From Octopus sinensis (Eukaryota): a stretch of DNA of 11,021 nt. Position numbers and translations under genes: made by a program. The stretch lies in assembly GCF_006345805.1 (NCBI RefSeq), contig NW_021827177.1, positions 1 to 11,021 on the forward strand, written 5' to 3'. The notes beneath the pieces were generated by a model. It did no database searches. It saw only the letters and a list, made by a program, of their open reading frames with translations, and was not told the DNA's origin. Position 1 is the stretch's first letter. Each line of letters starts with the position of its first letter. Below, in pieces: positions 6,481 to 11,021 of the stretch.

Positions 6481-8830
6481 TTAGATGAGGATGGGGGAGA
6501 GTTGAGACCAAATGGCGTATAAAGCGAAGAGAGAAGATTAATTCCTGTTCACGGCGCAAACGGGAATCGTGGCCTCTGTGTAAGGACAAACCGAACACAG
6601 ATAGGTGTTGCAAGGTTGACCGTGGAGCGGAAATGGCGTGAGACCGGTGTGTCGTTCGCAAGGTGGATGTCACGAAGGTGTTCCTCCCGAACCGGTCAGC
6701 CAAGCGGCGTCCCGTTTGTCCGATGTACAAGGAATGGCAGAGAGAGCAAGAGACGCAATAGATAATATTGCTGGAGGTGCAGGTGAAGGAGTGGATGATG
6801 GGATAGGGTCGATGGTGTTTCAAGTGAGGAGGGTGGTGTTGGAGAGGTAGGGCAAGTGCGGCAACGTGGGCGGGAGCAGGGGAACGAGCCGGGTTGGGAG
6901 GTAGGGTCAGGGAAGAGCTATGGACCAAAAGGTCTCGAAGGTTGTGGGCTCGTTTGAAAGAGGGGAGGGTCGGTTAGGGAAGAGGTGTGAAAGTGGACGG
7001 GTCGGACTGGAGATGACGGAAAGCTCGAAGAATGGTGCGTTGGAGACGTGGGGTCGTGGGGTGGTAAGTGAGGGGAAAAGGGAGGCGGGAGACTACAGGG
7101 CGGGTTCGGGGAGAGGGAGCAGATATACGGTCCACGGACCGTGCTCTGGCAAGGCGGTGTGGATAGTGGTGAGGGTATCCACGTAGGGTGAAGTGGTGAG
7201 CCATACGTTGAGACTGAGTCTCAAAGTCATGGTCGTCACTACAGAGCCTACGTAGACGGAGGAATTGGGAATAGGGGATGGAAAGCTTGGTGTGTTCTGG
7301 GTGGGAGGAAGAGAAGTTGAGGTATGAGTGTGAGTCTGTGGGGTTTGTAGTGAATTGAGGTGGTAAGAGTGGAGTGAAGAATGCTAACCGAAATGTCGAG
7401 GAAGGAGACAGAGGGTGTTTGGAGATAGTGAAGTGAAGTGGAGGGCTGGGATGGAAAGATTGGACGAAAGAGAGGAAGGAATCTAGATGTTCGCGGGAGA
7501 GTGAGGTGGCACCGATAATGTCGTCAATGTAACGACCATATAGTTCAGGAGTTGGGACCAGTGAAATTAGAGAATATTTGGGCCTCAACATAGCCAACGA
7601 ACAGGTTCGCATAGTTGGGGCCCATTCGCGTTCCCATGGCCACTCCCGAGACCTGATGGTAGAACTCGCCCGCGAACGAGAGCAGTTCAGAGTAAGGGCA
7701 AGTTCGGCCAGACGAATGAGTGTGGAGGTGTCAGGTACAGGGTTAGAGCGGAGGTCAAGAAAGTGTCGAAGGGCCTGCAGTCCTTCGTGGTGAGGGATAA
7801 CAGTATAGAGGCTTTGGATGTCCATAGTAAAAAGGATTTTTGGAGGAGCCGGGAGGAAAGGAGAAAGAGTTGAAAAGCCGGAGAGCATGGTTGGTATCGT
7901 GGATGTGGGAGGGAAGAGATGCCACTAGGGGGGCAAGGACACGGTCGAGGTATTTAGAGATGAGCTCCGTGGGCAGTTACAGGCGGAGACGATGGGGCGG
8001 CCAGGGTTGTTGGGTTTGTGGATTTTGGGGAGGAAGTAAATGGTGGAGGTACGTGGGTTCGCACAATTAGGTTGGATGCGGTGCGGGGGAACGGGAGGAC
8101 GAGATGAGGTGCGACAGTAAGGATACCGTCTGTTGGTAGCTACGTGTGGGGTTAGAGGGAGAGGGGAGTAGAAGGGGTGTCATTGATTGGCGGAAAGCCT
8201 CGGCCCTATAGAGGTCCGCGCACCACCCACTACAGCTCCACCCTTGTCAGCCGGTTTGATGATAATGTCAGCGCGCCGTTTGAGGGAACGAAGAGCCAAG
8301 AGCTCAGCCGGGGAGATGTTGAGGCGGCGTTGGCGCCTGGAGAACGCAGTTGAAACCGCTCCAATGCACGCTGACAAGCGCCCGCGAAAGAATCCACTGC
8401 TAGGATCTGGCCAGGGGCAGGCGTCCACGGGGATGGTCGGCGGCCCAGGCCAGTGAAGCAGTCCTCTTCGTTGGGTGTTGGTTGGCGAGTCGTGGAATGC
8501 GCACCCAACCGGACACGGCGCACAAAGCTGGGAAATCAACTCGCGTCTGGAATTCCTTACAGGATGGAGTGAGGGGGATGAACGCAGACCCCTACCAAGG
8601 ACGGAGCGTTCAGCCGCAAGAGAGGGGAAGATCGGGGGGAATGGTAACAACAGACGGAAGTGGAGAAGGGGTGGTGGAATAGAAGTAGGAGGGGTGGTAG
8701 GTCTCGTGGAGGTCTGAGGGGGAGGGATTGGGGAGGTGTGGGTGGGGGTGGTTGGGGGGGGGGCAGTAGGGTGGGTGTAGGTGGATGGAGCCTATCGGGA
8801 GGGGAGAAGGGTGGTGGAGGAGTTGGAGTA
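6481..8830 (-). pseudogene. PLE polyprotein (N-terminal domain, RT, Cys linker, GIY-YIG endonuclease), frameshifted as given
   Basis: Motifs, N- to C-terminal: VVTIPPDLPLS-AERSVLGRGL; KPADKGG (8237-8257); YFLPKIHK (8015-8038); GRPIVS; DIQSLYT (7802-7822); GVAMG (7633-7647); YIDD (7520-7531); KPTDSHSYL..SSHP..IPYSQFLRLRRLCS; CSRPRCRTC (6852-6878); FTCTSSNIIYCVSC..C..LYIGQT (YIG 6719-6727); REQELIFSL..PFGLN; probable TAA at 6481-6483. No start codon was identified. Confidence 0.92.
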
Positions 8831-8833
8831 GTG

Positions 8834-9246
8834 ATATATATATATATATATGTGCATGCATATGTGTATGCATGTATGTGTGTGTGTGCATATTTATATA
8901 TGTCTGTATGCGTGTATTCTGTACATTCATGTGTGTGTTTGTTTGTGTGTGTGTGTGTGTATGTATGGTTATGTGTTTGTAAGGCTTCATTTGTGTATGC
9001 GCGTGTGTATGTGTGCTTGTCTGTTCATATAACCTATGTACCTGTCCGTCTGTATGTCTATCTGTTTACTTTCATATCCATATACTTACATACATACGAA
9101 TACAGAAATACACATATACACACATAGATAGATAGATAAATGCATGAGCATATGTACATATCTCTGTGTGTGCGTGCATGTTTGTGTGTGTGTGTGTGTC
9201 TATGTGCATGCGTGTGTGTGTGTGTGTGCGTGAGAGAGAGAGAGAA
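8834..9246. repeat. Degenerate (TA)n/(TG)n/(CA)n/(GA)n microsatellite complex
   Basis: Direct reading of the sequence. Confidence 0.9.
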
Positions 9247-9350
9247 GATATATCGCAGATTAATTCAACTGATTTTAACGGTACATAACTAATATAGAAT
9301 CAGGAATTTTAAAGATGATGATGAGGAGAAGGAGAAGGAGGGTGACGACG

Positions 9351-9680
9351 ATGTCGACTCCGACGATGTCGACTCCGGCGATGTCGACTCCGGCGATGTC
9401 GACTCCGACGATGTCGACTCCGACGATGTCGACTCCGACGATGTCGACTCCGACGATGTCGACTCCGACGATGTCGACTCCGGCGATGTCGACTCCGGCG
9501 ATGTCGACTCCGACGATGTCGACTCCGACGATGTCGACTCCGGCGATGTCGACTCCGGCGATGTCGGCTCCGGCGATGTCGGCTACGACGATGTCGACTC
9601 CGGCGATGTCGACTCCGGCGATGTCGACTCCGGCGATGTCGACTCCGGCGATGTCGGCTACGACAATGGCGACGACGACG
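9351..9680. repeat. 15-bp minisatellite ATGTCGACTCCGRCG, 21 units plus one degenerate unit
   Basis: Units counted from the sequence and the MSTPT/MSTPA translation. A SalI palindrome (GTCGAC) is present in most units, and the flanks are GAT/GAC/GAG-rich. Confidence 0.95.
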
Positions 9681-10293
9681 ATGAGAACGGAAGCGGTGAC
9701 GCGCTCGATGATGACGTTATTTTGCAGCAAAATATCAAGGGAGGTAATTCCTACATGCAGTGCTATTTGTTGTCTCCCTTGTAAATTGAGCCCAGCGTAA
9801 CTTTTTAGTAGCGAAATTAAATTTCATGATGATTCCAATAATGTTTTTTAAACATCTACTCAAAATATAGTATTTGTACTTTTCATACTTTTACATTGTT
9901 TCAATAAGCTTAACATATCTCAACAGAACTAGTTTCAAATACAGCATTCCTCAAAGAAAGTTTGGTATATTAAATTGTTTTCCACACTTAAGTGTGATTA
10001 AATTTCGAGTGGATGCATCTGATTTCTGCATTAAAAATCTTAATATGTTGAAACATCGTACATATTTTTGAGTCATGGTTGCTGGGTTTGCTAGAAATGC
10101 CAGCCAAATCTTCTTCAAATCATACTTTAGTGGCTTAACTCTTTAACAAGGAAGTGAAATTTCATGATTATTCCAATAATGATATGGAAATATCTGTGTA
10201 GAAAATACTACTGGTATTTTCTGCAAGTCACGTAGCCCCGAAACCCTTGACATACCTCGAGAAGAAACGATTTCAAATACGACCTTCCTAACC

Positions 10294-10410
10294 AAGGTGG
10301 CGAACTCGCAGAAACATTAGCACGCCGGACGAAATGCGTAGCCGTATTTCGTCTGCTGTTACGTTCTGAGTTCAAATTCCGCCGAGGTCGACTTCGTCTT
10401 TCACCCTTTC
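10294..10410 (+). mobile_element. Family B SINE, 5' part
   Basis: Aligns to 4797-4915 and includes the B-box GAGTTCAAATTCC. Confidence 0.85.
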
Positions 10411-10646
10411 CCGAGAGTTTCGTACGTTAACACTTAACAAGTCTGCTAAATATTAATAAAAAATATATATATATATCTTTTTATTCATGCTACAGAGATC
10501 CCCCCCTCCAATCCTTTCTCAGATTCCCGCTTGGTGGTCAGGTGGAAAGCAAACCATTCTGATCTATGTATTGCTTGCCGTGAATAAATAAATAAATAAA
10601 TACTTTCGTAGTCATTGCATTGATCTGTCTGGGAAGCTATAAAGGG

Positions 10647-10860
10647 GTCGATATAATCGACTTAATCTGTTTGTCTGTCCTTGTGTGTCCCCTCTGTGGG
10701 TAGTAAAGAAATAGGTATTTCGTCTGCCGCTACAATCTGAGTTCAAATTCCCTTTCAGGGTCGACAAATTATGTACCAGTAAAACACTGGGATCAATGTA
10801 ATCGGCTTGTACACCCCACCAATCCAATTTCAGGCCTTGTGCCTGCCTATAGTAGAAAGG

Positions 10861-10917
<57 letters not shown>
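10647..10917 (+). mobile_element. Family B SINE 3' part plus a second partial monomer, with (ATT)n tail
   Basis: GGGGTCGATATAATCGACTTAATC...GTAGTAAAGAAATAGG aligns to 4946-5030. A second GTATTTCGTCTGCCG..GAGTTCAAATTCC follows, ending in GTAGAAAGG and (ATT)n at 10861-10917. Confidence 0.8.
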
Positions 10918-11021
10918 GAGTGAGAGAGCAGTTCATGCCATCAAAGTGACACTTGGGTAAAATATACGAAGCCTAGTATACCCATCATGACTACCCGTCT
11001 GATAAGGGTACACCAGGCACA
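10918..11021 (-). mobile_element. 3' terminus of a non-LTR retroelement with (TAA)n tail, running off the window
   Basis: The minus strand ends ...GGCATGAACTGCTCTCTCACTC followed by (AAT)n. I recognise this from memory as a common Octopus interspersed repeat end. The family was not verified. Confidence 0.45.

Larger units (their letters stand above)
5530..8833 (-). mobile_element. Penelope-like retroelement (Neptune-like), 5'-truncated, inserted in (TA)n
   Basis: It contains an RT plus C-terminal GIY-YIG ORF, a ~950-nt 3' region ending in a hammerhead-containing segment, and (TA)n on both flanks (5500-5529 and 8834-8851). No 5' pLTR copy is visible. Confidence 0.93.

Noticed and set aside
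6163-9127. Plus-strand ORFs antisense to the PLE and YI/CV/HT-rich ORFs
   Set aside because: They are by-products of strand-biased composition and microsatellites, with no recognisable motifs.
9275-9800. MSTP-repeat mucin-like ORF (+) and VDIAG-repeat ORF (-)
   Set aside because: The consensus repeat unit has no stop codon in any frame, so open frames are expected. Their flanks give no support, unlike the Asp-rich frame reported as a finding.
9874-10071. 65-aa ORF and the overlapping minus-strand open frame
   Set aside because: They are short and AT-rich, with no recognisable motif or convincing splice signals.

Overview
This is a repeat-dense eukaryotic window with no confidently identifiable host gene, RNA gene or CRISPR array. 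The SINE families look like those I recall from Octopus (coleoid cephalopod) assemblies; this is recognition only and was not checked. The main feature is a 5'-truncated but nearly complete Penelope-like retroelement (PLE, Neptune-like) on the minus strand at ~5530-8833. It encodes an RT, a Cys-rich linker and a GIY-YIG endonuclease, is broken by many 1-nt frameshifts, and sits in a (TA)n microsatellite. Its 3' end carries a minimal type I hammerhead ribozyme (5628-5666, minus). A second, unrelated hammerhead with a long, branched stem II lies at 1994-2087 (+), also next to (TA)n. The rest consists of several tRNA-head SINE families (some nested or inverted), hAT, Tigger and mariner remnants, a perfect 13-bp minisatellite, a 15-bp minisatellite and many microsatellites. 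Most short ORFs in the track are artefacts of repeats.
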